In this document: piece by piece, positions 24,690 through 35,730 of the stretch
Layout of the letters: every line of letters starts with the position of its first letter
Position numbering within the stretch: position 1 is the stretch's first letter
DNA from: Octopus bimaculoides
Lineage: Eukaryota
Direction: 5' to 3'
NCBI RefSeq assembly: GCF_001194135.2
Contig: NC_068998.1
Span: 33,352,872-33,404,113 of the forward strand
Length of the DNA: 51,242 nt
Position numbers and translations under genes: made by a program
The notes under the pieces: generated by a model
The model's input: the letters and a program-made list of their open reading frames with translations, nothing else
Told to the model about the DNA's origin: nothing
Database searches by the model: none

Positions 24690-25345
24690 TGTGTGAATGT
24701 GTGTGTGTGTTTATTATGTTGAATGTCCTTTCAATATGTTTGGAATATGACCAGATGTGTGTTGATGGGTGTGTATGTTGTGATGAATGTCTTGTTGAAG
24801 AAAGAATTAGGATTTTCCTTTGGGTTAAATGTATTTTTTTAGTGTCTCTGCCTGTGTGTATGTGTGTGGTCACCAGCTATGTGTGTGTTTATGTGTGTGA
24901 GTGTGATTTTTACAATGTTTTCTATTGTGTGTATGTGTGTGTGCAGAGGAGTGTGTGTGTACAAAGTTGTGTCTTTTTTGTGATGTTTTCTTTTGTATGT
25001 GTGTGTGTTTTTGCGATGTTTTCTTTTGTGTGTGTGCATGTTTCATGTTTTTTGTGATCTTTTCTTTTGTATGTGTGATTTTTTATGATGTTTTCTTTTG
25101 TGTGTATGCATATGTGAGTGTGTATGTGTTTGTTTGTGTGTGCAGACGTGTGTTTTTGTGATGTTATCTTTTTTGCGTGTGTGTGTACAGGTGTGTGTGT
25201 GTGTGTACAGGTGTGTGTGTGATTTTTTGTGATGATTTATGTGTATGTGAGAGTGTGTGTTTGTCTCTGTGTGCAGATGTGTGTGTGTCTCTCTGTTTTT
25301 GTGATGTTTTCTTTGTGTGTGTGTGTGCAGGCATGTATATATATA
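24690..25345. repeat. Degenerate TG-rich minisatellite
   Basis: Recurrent ttttgtgatgttttcttttgtgtgtgtg-like units. Confidence 0.8.
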
Positions 25346-25439
25346 TTGGAAAAAAGATTTAAGAATTGATAGGAAGTATCTTTCAAAATGATAATATATA
25401 TGAAATTGTTTTTAAGTGTCTGTTCTTATTTATTGGTTG

Positions 25440-26075
25440 GTAGTGATTGGGTCTGTATTCAATTGTGGTTGATACTTGTTAATAAATTACCTTTCTTTAT
25501 TTAGTCTTTGTTGTTGGTTGAAAGAATCTGAGCACCTGTAGAGGGGAAATATTTTGAAATTCGGTAAGTCCCTTCCTGCACAGGTTGCAATGTGACTGTT
25601 TAAAGGAATTTTCCTGGTGTTTTTGTCTCGGATCTGTTAGCAATGTGTTGTCATTCTGTTGCGTAACAATCCGCCTGTCTGACCTATGTAATTATGTTGA
25701 CAACTATTGCATGTGATTACATAGATCAGGTTTTCTGTGTTGAAGGTTAAATTAGATTTAACTCTGAAGGTTTGGCTATCTTTGAATTTAAATTCTAGTT
25801 CCTCAACTAGGTAATGGCAAGTACTGAGCTTTGTTCTTCCACATTTTGTGACAGTTGGATTGGGGGTTTCTTTGTGCATTTTTGCTCATGTGAGAAAGAG
25901 TTTTAGTGTTTTGGGCTGTCTTTTGCTTTTGATGATCTGTTGTTTTTCTAAGATTTTTCTCATTTTGAGAGCCAGTTCAATGTAGGAAATGTGTAACATG
26001 CATGAGACTTCTAAGATGGAGGAGTACAGAGTAGATTTTTTAAGATAGCCTGCTCCTTGCTGGGTTTGAGCCATG
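25440..26075 (-). pseudogene. Penelope-like element GIY-YIG endonuclease remnant (different lineage from 14880)
   Basis: IIKSKRQPKTLK, then KCGRTK..TC, LIYVITCNSCQHNYIGQTGGLLRNRMT.H. Confidence 0.85.
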
Positions 26076-26611
26076 TATTACAGAGGTAACTAACTAAAGC
26101 AGCTAGCTCTATGCTGGAGATGTGTAGTGAAGCAGAGTGATTCAGCATAGTTACCTATATGCTAGGAGTGTATAATGGTGAGGAAATTTTGTATATAGCT
26201 GCAATTTCTGTATGTAATCAGTGAAGCAGCTAAATCTTGTAAGAATCAAGGAAATTTGCTTCAGTAAGCAGTCATGGGCGAGAAATATGATTTAACATCA
26301 GTGGGAAGCAATATGAGTCAATTTAGTAAGCATTTCTATTGATAAATCTGCTAATGTATGTGTATATGTGTAAAAGGAAAAGAGATAGAGACTGTGAGAG
26401 AAAAAGAAAGAGTTTATTTGCGTATATGTGTGAGTGCACATTCAAGTGTGTGTGTATGTGTGAATAGCCATTTGTGTATTTGACATTAATATATTAACTG
26501 TTATTTATATGAAACATTTTGCAAAGTAGGCATCATACACAGGTATTTGTATATACAGGCATATACATGTATCTTGGTACAAATGAAGTCATAAAAGTGT
26601 ATATGTGTATA

Positions 26612-26641
26612 TAGGTAGAATTACATATTGCAGTGTGTGTG

Positions 26642-26733
<92 letters not shown>

Positions 26734-26780
26734 TGTATGTATGCATGTATGTATGTATGTATGTATGTATGTATACACAC
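26612..26780. repeat. (AT)n + (ATGT)n microsatellite
   Basis: Direct inspection. Confidence 0.95.
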
Positions 26781-27371
26781 TGATAGATAAACAGATATAT
26801 AGATAAATACATACATACTCACGCACACATGTTTACTTAAAGTGCACTTCACATGATGCTAAGTCTAAGAGAGACCTGTGCCACTTTCAATGACTTAGGT
26901 ATTTCTGGAATAGTCTAATTACCAAACTTTAGAAAAAGTACACCATTTAAGCAATCAAAATGGTTTCCTTCAATATCTGAATAAAGGTTAAAGGATAGGA
27001 CAGGGGTTTAAATGTGCTTTACTACCATTAGCGTGATAGTGCTAGAGTTGAAGAGTTTGTTGACAGGTCTTATATGCAGTTATCAATGTATATGTTGTAA
27101 GTTAAATAACTAATTATGTTGCATATAACAGCCAAATTTCTGTCTGTCCATTTACTTACCTATCAGCTAGCCCGTTGTATAATGTAGGCTATCATAAATC
27201 CCAACAGTATAATGTTATGGCTGCTACATCTTGGCATGTATGGAAGTTAATGTGTATGTTTGCGTGTATGTGAATATATGTTTATGTATATGAGTATGCA
27301 TGTATTTGTGTCTGTATGTGCATTACTTAAGTATAGCCTTGTGTATTTAAGCATTAGCAGATGTGCTGCTT

Positions 27372-27417
<46 letters not shown>

Positions 27418-27631
27418 CATGTGTCTCAGTGCATATGTGCATGTATTATGTGTTTGCCTGTATAGCCATGTAAACATGCCTGTATGTGTCTGTGTGCACT
27501 AATGAATCTATAGTCATGTAAATATATGTTTGTGTACATCAGTAATTGTATAGTTGTGTTTATGTGTGTATAGAAGTGCTTGTGTATGCACAGTTTTGTA
27601 CATAGTGTGGTTCAGACCTTTCATATGAGAT

Positions 27632-27985
27632 TATAGGGAAGTGGGTTATACGTCATTAGATGTACACCTGCTTTCCTATATTAAATTAGAATGAACGGAA
27701 CGCAGAACTCCAAACTATCAACACAAACAATATTTATTCATGGTGGAATATATACAGCTTTACTCTTGGTTGTTGAGACGCCTTCTGTGTGTGAGAACAT
27801 GGTTGTTGAGACATCGGTATGTTGATGTGAGCTGTCTGGCGTGAGTTCGAAAGATGGAGAGAAGACAGCTAGACACGTCCATGCTCAATCGCTGGCCAGC
27901 AAGAAAGAGACAGAATAAAGTGGGAAAGCTTGGATGTTGAATTCCACGCATGCGTGAGACTACACATGCGCACAGCGTTACTACA
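27632..27985 (-). repeat. 3' LTR (354 bp)
   Basis: Minus strand TGTAG...CCTATA; AATAAA at 27733-38; 33 bp longer than the 5' LTR between direct repeats tggttgttgagac. Confidence 0.9.
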
Positions 27986-29386
27986 GGGCTNNNNNNNNNN
28001 NNNNNNNNNNNNNNNNNNNNNNNNNNNNNNNNNNNNNNNNNNNNNNNNNNNNNNNNNNNNNNNNNNNNNNNNNNNNNNNNNNNNNNNNNNNNNNNNNNNN
28101 NNNNNNNNNNNNNNNNNNNNNNNNNNNNNNNNNNNNNNNNNNNNNNNNNNNNNNNNNNNNNNNNNNNNNNNNNNNNNNNNNNNNNNNNNNNNNNNNNNNN
28201 NNNNNNNNNNNNNNNNNNNNNNNNNNNNNNNNNNNNNNNNNNNNNNNNNNNNNNNNNNNNNNNNNNNNNNNNNNNNNNNNNNNNNNNNNNNNNNNNNNNN
28301 NNNNNNNNNNNNNNNNNNNNNNNNNNNNNNAAGATAAAACCGAGTGTGTTGATCTTGTGTGTCCCTGGTGGTGGGGTTGTTGGCGCACGACATTGTGGTA
28401 GACAGTACATTGATGGTGAAGACGTCGGCGCAGGAACTGCTATAGCTGTGTTCTGTATGTGTGGTGGTAATGATGTTGACAGTGGTAATGATGTCCTGTT
28501 GAAACTGTTGGCGATGTCGGGGAATGCTTGTAGTTGGTAGTGGTTGTTGTTGTCATCGCGGTGGTAATCTTGGTTGAACGAAGCTGGTGGCGAAAAGGCT
28601 GCTTGGTGATGATGGTGTTTGAAGAGGTACGCTTTTACAGATGGTCGACAGACACAATCTGTACGACCATTAGCAAAAACCTTGAAGAAATTTTTTAACC
28701 GAAGATGAAATTCTTCGCATGTGACGAGCATGTTGCTGCTATTTTTAGCAAGTAGACGACGCTGTGTAAAAAATGAATTTGACGTCTCGTGTAGTATTAT
28801 TGGTTGGTAGTCCAGAATCCATGGCCGCGTGTGTTCTTTAGTCGGGGTCACCAGTTTGTAGGAACGACTGTGCGAACTCATAAAAGGAGAAATGGTGACG
28901 AATGGAAAAACAGAGGACTCCTTTTATTTAAACGTGTCACACGGTCGAACACAAAATAATATATCAAAGATGATATACATGATATGTTATACTACGATAA
29001 CATATGGCCAGTAAAAGGGAGACGATAGAAGATGATAAACACAACCATATAAAATAAGTCAGTACACGTGAGAGTTTTATACCAAGTTCTTGAGTACACA
29101 ATTGGAAGTATCGCAGGCTGTAATTCTTGTCTGTTTATTATCGTGGTGAAGCTAAGTCACCTAACAGAATCGAAGAGAGAGATTTGCCGCAGTGGTTTAG
29201 TTTGGTGTACATAGTAAGTCGTGTTGACTATGGTTGGAGATGCTGGTGGCATTGGTGGTCATCGTTGCTTGGTAGTTCAGATTTCGTGGCTGCAGTTGTT
29301 CGTACTCGGGGTCACCAGTTATAGGAATGTTGGTTATCAGTTATATAGAAATAGTTGTTATTGTAGCTCAGCGGGCTGCATGTCTG

Positions 29387-29405
29387 AATCACGTCGGGGT
29401 CACCA
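29387..29405 (-). other. Primer-binding site complementary to the tRNA-Trp 3' end
   Basis: The plus strand reads AATCACGTCGGGGTCACCA, matching the metazoan tRNA-Trp 3' end including CCA (from recall); 3 nt from the LTR terminus. Confidence 0.85.
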
Positions 29406-29408
29406 GTT

Positions 29409-29725
29409 TGTAGGAAATTGGTTATACACCATTAGGTGTACACCCAATTTCCTATATTAAATTAGAATGAACGGAACGCAGAACTCCAAACTATCAACAC
29501 AAACAATATTTATTCATGGTGGAATATATACAGCTTTACTCTTGGTTGTTGAGACATCGGTATGTTGATGTGACCTGTCTGGCGTGAGTTCGAAAGATGG
29601 AGAGAAGACAGCTAGACACGTCCATGCTCAATCACTGGCCAGCAAGAAAGAGACAGAATAAAGCAGGAAAGCTTGGATGTTGAATTCCACGCATGCGTGA
29701 GACTACGCATGCGCACAGCATTACA
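29409..29725 (-). repeat. 5' LTR (317 bp)
   Basis: Minus strand TGTAA...CCTACA, followed by AAC and the PBS. Confidence 0.9.
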
Positions 29726-31261
29726 AGATGAAATAAAATGATGACAAATGGAGATATGTCATATTGGAAATCTGACCATGACAGCATGGGAAAACAAGAG
29801 AGAACTAAAATATCAAAGATAAAGTAAGAAAGAAAGAAGATTAAGCTAATAATAATATAGAAAATAACAAAAACAGTGATGAGGATGATGGTGAAATTGA
29901 TAACACGAACTATGATCTGGCAGTATAATGCCTGTAGTTCAATTATAGCAAAAGGTATGATACCTGTAGCTTAATTAAGCATATATCAACATCGTTGGCT
30001 GTGGTGATGGTGACAGCTATGGTGTTGGTGATTGTTTTGACATTAGCATTATCACCACCACCATTATCATCACTGTATTTGTTTTCCCATACTTGAATGG
30101 GTTGAACATAACTTCTTCCAGCATAGATCTACAACACTATTTGCAGTATTTTTGTGAAATTCAGCTCCTTGACATCATGCCTTCCATACTTTCAGTGTCA
30201 ACTTCTACTTTGGTTTTATATTTTCTGACAGGTCCCTTACTCTAGGCTTGCTTAGGATGCCATCACCTATTTGTTATCTACCATATGCATCACATACTCA
30301 TATTGTCTTCTCTCTGGCACACTGTTTTTGATCCCTCTTATACTCAGTTTTACTCCCAGGCTATTTATTCTGTTATTCAAGAGCACTAATAGTACACATT
30401 CAAAGCACATACAACACAAATTCACATGCGCACACGCACACACACATACATACACACACACGTATTTATACACATATATGTGTTTGTGTGTATGTGAGTG
30501 TGCATGTGTATGTATATATTCATACATATACATAGTTCTACTTTTAAAAATAGATCAACTTTACAGAGAAAAAAAGACACATACATATCTTGTGCAGCGT
30601 TTTTATTTATGGTATCTGACTGTATTAGAATAAGTATTGTTACTTAAGCTTTTTTGCAAGCTGCACACAATGCTGTTACATGATATAATGATCAAAAGTT
30701 GTGCCAAACTGTGATTTCAGGTCTCTACTTTATTCAGATGAAAATATGCTCATTTATACCTGAAGTCTGCTATTGACATTTTAGAGTACGCAGAGCAGAG
30801 ACCCATGAAAATTCTCATTGTTTTCAGATGACAGAACAGTATCTCAGTACTTTTGTATGGTTTGACACATATGTGAGTGTATGTTAGTGTGTGAATGTGT
30901 GCCTGTATATGTTTGTGTCTGTGTGACTATATGTTTGTGTGTATGTGTGACTGTATATGCTTGTGTGTATCTGCATGTATATGTTTGTATGTGTGAATGC
31001 CTGTATATTTTGTGTGTGTGTGCATGTTGTATGGAAAACATAGCTATGATCTACTTTTAAACTTTTTTAAGGTTTCTCTGTTTTTGATGAGAGTCCTTGC
31101 AATATTCTATGAAAAAATATTCCTAAGTTCTTTGATGTTTATTAATTTTTGCTGTCTTGTCTTCAGGATATGAAGTGTTGTTGACATATTATACTTGAAA
31201 GGAAAGAAATTTAGCTGTTCAGTGTGTGTCTGTTTGTGTGTGTGTATATATAAATCTTTTT

Positions 31262-31545
31262 TTTTTTGCCATTACTTGTTTTAGTTGTTAAATTACAGCC
31301 ATACTGGAGCACCACCTTGAAGAATTTTAGTCAAACAAATTGTCTCCAGCACTCATTTTGCTTCGAGCCTGGTATTTATTTTATTGGTCACTGTTGTCAA
31401 ACCACTAAGTACATAAACATACCAACACAGGTTGTCAAGCAGTGGGGGAGGGACAAATACAGAGACACAAAGATACGCACACACACAATGGACTTCTTTC
31501 AGTTTCAGTCGATCAAATCCACTCGCAAGGCTTTGGCTAGCCTGA
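31262..31545 (-). mobile_element. SINE family A, partial
   Basis: ttacttgttttagt...ctggagcaccaccttgaag...ggacttctttcagtttc. Confidence 0.8.
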
Positions 31546-31636
31546 GGCAAACTTTTTACAGCAGCCACATCTATGCTTTTATATATCATCATCGTTACTA
31601 TTTACTGTCTGCTTTCCCTGATGGCAAGGGTTGGAC

Positions 31637-31667
<31 letters not shown>

Positions 31668-31913
31668 CGTACGTACGTACGTTTATATGTATAATAAATA
31701 AAAAAACATAAATCAGAAGAAGCACACTCTAAAGAATAGAGCAATAATTATTACAACAAGAATTTTATATCTTGGGAATAGAGTTACTCAATGTTTTGCA
31801 GCCACAAACCAAAACCTTGTGGACAGCTCGTCAGACTCTATATAAATACAACATTTTAAGTATCTACGTTGCAGACGTGAGGAAACGCCCAGAATTCAAG
31901 GAATACATCTTAA

Positions 31914-31949
<36 letters not shown>
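31914..31949. repeat. Poly(A) run
   Basis: Direct inspection. Confidence 0.95.
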
Positions 31950-31953
<4 letters not shown>

Positions 31954-31989
31954 GAAGACAGTTTATCTCCCCTGAATCACATTCTATAT

Positions 31990-33560
31990 GTGTAAATATA
32001 TTAGTTCTGTGAGTACTTCAAGCGATGTTTTCTTAACCACAAGCCATCCCTCAGAGTCCTAGAAAGATGGTTTGTCACCATGTATGGCACCTTAAATATG
32101 AAGGAACCCTGTACTTAGCAGCACAATAATCTTTCTTGCACACTACATCCAATTCCTCTTACACAGTTTTTCTCTCAATACATTTGTACTTACATTACAT
32201 ATCCAGTTGTGCATATTTTAATTTTTTTCCAGTCTCTTCAAATCCTCTGCATTCAAGCCCCATGTTTCACCACCATACAATATCACAGTTCTAGTACAAG
32301 CATTATACAATATACCCTTTACCCTGAGAGAAAAGACCAATGTTACTAGCAATGGTAGGAGCTCTGAGAGTTTTTTCCAGTTTGTTCTTACTCTAGCTAC
32401 AATACTTTTGAAGCAACAACCTCCCCTGATAATTTTGTACTGTAAGGAACAAAAGCTGTCAACAAATTCTCATGAGCCATCTGGGCATTAAAAAGAATCT
32501 ATTATGTTGTGGTTCAGTACATATGTCACATATCAAGCTTACTTTCTCTGTCAGTCTGCTTGTGATTGCACCTTCTATGTGTCTCTTGCTCACATTGGGT
32601 ACAGCATATAGAGTTTATATCTACTCCTTCTCTGCATACTGGATAAGTTAATTTCCATGAAGATACTGAGGTCCAGTCTACTTTCTTATTTACCAGCATC
32701 TTAGTCCTTAATAGGTTTATTTTGTGACCTCTTGATTCTAGCTTTAGTTTCCATGCCTGGAATAACCTCTCTTATTTATAGGAGCTATAAATTCAGCTAT
32801 AAAAACTATATCATCAGTATATAGGAGTTTCCATGGACAGTCTGTCTTAAACTAATTTGTGATAGCCTGCAGGATTGAAATCTTTACCACAATTTAGTAG
32901 TCAATTCCTTAGTGATTACCAAATTACTGATGGTGGTACCCTTTCAAATGTGGTACCCTTTCAAATATGGTACCCTTCTACAAATAAACAAAAGTAGTAA
33001 TAGTGGTATATTTTTAGGCAAGTATTTCTCTTGCAGTTGCCTCACAAAACTGATTGCATCTATGAATACCTCTTCTGTACATGAAGCCAAATTGTATCTC
33101 ATCTAGATCTCTGTCATGAACCATTGTGCTATGTGCTCTGTGACCTTCATAACACAGTAGTTTGATTCCTCTATAGTTTCTTTTAAAAAGTCTCCTTGTA
33201 TTCATGATTATATTGCTGTGCTAGTCCTTGGGCATGACTCTTTATGCAACTCGATTAACTATCAAGGAGGAGACTATGTATCCTACCTCACAAGATATTT
33301 TGAGCAAATCTTCAACTAACCCTGATGGACTCACAGTTTTCTTTCACTTCCTCTCTTCATTAGTTGCTTTATCCACTATGCATACTGTCAACTTGAATTG
33401 GTGATCCTTCTGTAGAGTCAGCATGAAGTAACCCCTCATTATTCCTTGCATTCTTCTTGATCAGCATCTTCTTGTAATAGCACTTCTGTGATATGTTGTT
33501 TTGACTTCCACAGTTTTGATGAGTAAGCCTTTATCATTTCAAATACACTTCACAGCATGC
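31990..33560 (-). pseudogene. Decayed RTE LINE reverse transcriptase
   Basis: Minus frames: EIQFGFM..RG, CPWKLLYTDDIVFIAE (from YADD), LPLLVT..FSLRVKGILYNACTRTVILYGGETW. Confidence 0.85.
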
Positions 33561-33584
33561 ATTCATCATTGCAATATATATTTT

Positions 33585-33780
33585 TCAGTTTTTATCTGTT
33601 ACTTGTTCCACTGTAGATTGTGGGGCACTGCCTTAAAGAATTTTTGTCAAACGAATTGATTCCAGTACTTCAAAGCCTGGTACTTATACTATCAGTCTCT
33701 TTTACCAAACTGCTAAGTTTCAGGCACGTAAATACACCAATGGTGGCAAGGGAATAAATACGCAGACACACACACACATG
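33585..33780 (-). mobile_element. SINE family A, 3' half
   Basis: ttttatctgttacttgttcca...gggcactgccttaaag...gcctggtactta. Confidence 0.7.
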
Positions 33781-33900
33781 TATAAATGTATATTATATAC
33801 TCTGAGTTACCAAATCACAATTACAGTAGATGAAAGAACTTAATCCTGATGTAAATTAAGAACAGAAAAATGCAGTAAAATATGGTCTTTCAAACTTTTA

Positions 33901-34120
33901 GCACATAAAAGCACCCAGCCATAGAAAAGAGCATCCAACTGTAGAAACCATTCTAAAACAGATATTGGAACCTGGACAGCTCTCTGGTTGGACAGCTCTC
34001 TGGTTGGACAGCTCTCTGGTTGGACAGCTCTCTGGTTGGACAGCTCTCTAGTTTGACAGCTCCTGTCAAACCGTCCAACTCATGCCAGCATAGAAAAAGG
34101 ATGTTAAATGATGATGATAA
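33901..34120 (+). mobile_element. RTE tail fragment containing a 16-bp minisatellite
   Basis: cacataaaagcaccca...gcatccaactgtagaaac...ccgtccaactcatgccagcat...(atg)n. Confidence 0.8.
33974..34063. repeat. 16-bp minisatellite ggacagctctctggtt, five units plus a partial
   Basis: Four identical units, a fifth with one mismatch. Confidence 0.95.
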
Positions 34121-35329
34121 GATGTAGNNNNNNNNNNNNNNNNNNNNNNNNNNNNNNNNNNNNNNNNNNNNNNNNNNNNNNNNNNNNNNNNNNNNNNNNN
34201 NNNNNNNNNNNNNNNNNNATATATATATATATATATAATAAAGTAAAGTTGTGGAATACCGTACGAGTGGAAATATATATGAAAGAAGGTTTGAAAATGC
34301 AATTCCAAAGATATTTATTCACTTAACCGGTTTCACTTTTTTAGAAAAAGATTATCAAAAGTAAAATATAAAGCTTTGTAGTATTAGGTCTTTGAGAATA
34401 ATAGAAAATGTTAAAAAACAGTTTGAGTATTAAAATACATATATACATTCTTTGATGATAATAAGAGGAATATATTTAAAGTATAAAGCTTTGTATGAGC
34501 TTTGTAGTGTTACATACTGATTATCACACATTCTCTGATAATAAGACGAATATTCATTGCTATAATTGCCAACAAAAATATCAGCAACATTTATAAAATG
34601 GATTCTTTAAATGAGGTAATGAAGGACTGTTTATATAATCACTTGTCCCGTAAGAAAGAATTACTAAATTGCCTTCAAATCTTACAATTAATTTTTAAGT
34701 AACAATATATTTGGTATGAAATCCAAGATGATCTCGCTGAAATGCCTTTAAGTTTAAGACTGACATGAATTAAAAAGTAACATCGATAACATCTATCTTG
34801 TTAAAATGAGGCCAGAATGTAGTTGTCCCTTATACCCTCCCTCAGTAGTGTTTCATCTTTCATACCTGTGGGTAGCGTTTCATCTTTCATACCTGTAGTA
34901 TTTTTTTTTTGGTCAAGACTGGACAGCCAGAGACAATATGGTTAATTTTTCACTTCTTCACCTCTACTTGTTCAGTAATATTTTGCTTCATGATATCCTT
35001 TCAATGTATTTTAGGTGATAATGATTTAATTTGTATTCCAATCAAGAATTTCTCAGTCACAGTTTTGAGTAATGTACTGCTCAACATCTATTGCAGTTTA
35101 TTTCATTTTTTTAAAAATCTATTTTACCTTGTTCATTTTTTGTTTTTGTTTCCACATATTGGGTGCAAGGATTTTCATTGCCGTTACATTCACATGGCAT
35201 TATGTACTCCATTTAAGTTTAAATTTTAGCCTATTCTTAGTTTCTGTTGTTGTTTGTCCTTTATCCTCACATATATATCTATCATTTCACACTTTCTGAA
35301 AAGTGTTAATAGGTTCTTGATGTGTATCT

Positions 35330-35554
35330 TTTATCTTTTACTTGTTTCATCCTGAGACTGCAGCCATGCTTGAGCACCACCTTGAAGGGTTTTATTAGAA
35401 TGAATCAACTCCAGTATTTGCTATTCTTTTTAAGTCTAGTACTTATTCTATTAGTGTCTCATTTGCCACACTGCTATGTTACGGGGACATAAACACACCA
35501 ACACTGGCTATCAAGCAGTAGTAGGGGACAAGCACAGACATAAAGACACACACA

Positions 35555-35588
<34 letters not shown>

Positions 35589-35730
35589 TATAAGTACACA
35601 CACATATATATTTTGAATGGACTTCTTTCAGTTTCTATCTACCAAATCCATTCACAAGCTGCTCTGCAATGAGAGTGAACCTAGAACCACGTGGTTGGGA
35701 AGTAATCTTCTTATCACACATTCATGCCTG
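35330..35730 (-). mobile_element. SINE family A
   Basis: Colinear with the other copies; internal (CA)n at about 35545-35610. Confidence 0.82.

Larger units (their letters stand above)
27632..29725 (-). mobile_element. Non-autonomous, internally deleted CsRn1-type LTR retrotransposon with three PBS modules
   Basis: Two LTRs (27632-27985, 29409-29725); 4-bp TSD agat at 27628-31 and 29726-29; tRNA-Trp-like PBS next to the 5' LTR. An internal segment resembles the integrase C-terminus (KNFFKVFANGRTDCV/SVDHL). Contains a 340-N gap. Confidence 0.88.

Noticed and set aside
27632-27680. ADAR A-to-I editing as the cause of hairpin divergence
   Set aside because: Both LTRs normally copy U5 from one template, and the A/G differences are mostly on the strand opposite the genomic RNA; not supported without family data.
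27760-28881. 373-aa ORF
   Set aside because: It spans a 340-N gap, starts in an LTR-like module and ends in the LTR; only a short integrase-like scrap is recognisable.
29386-29405. tRNA-Trp gene fragment
   Set aside because: Only the 3' 19-20 nt including CCA are present, 3 nt from an LTR, so it is a PBS.
28841-29416. 24-nt direct repeats with unique spacers, superficially CRISPR-like
   Set aside because: Spacers are very unequal (~65 and ~445 bp), there are no cas genes, the context is eukaryotic, and the repeat is explained as PBS plus LTR end.
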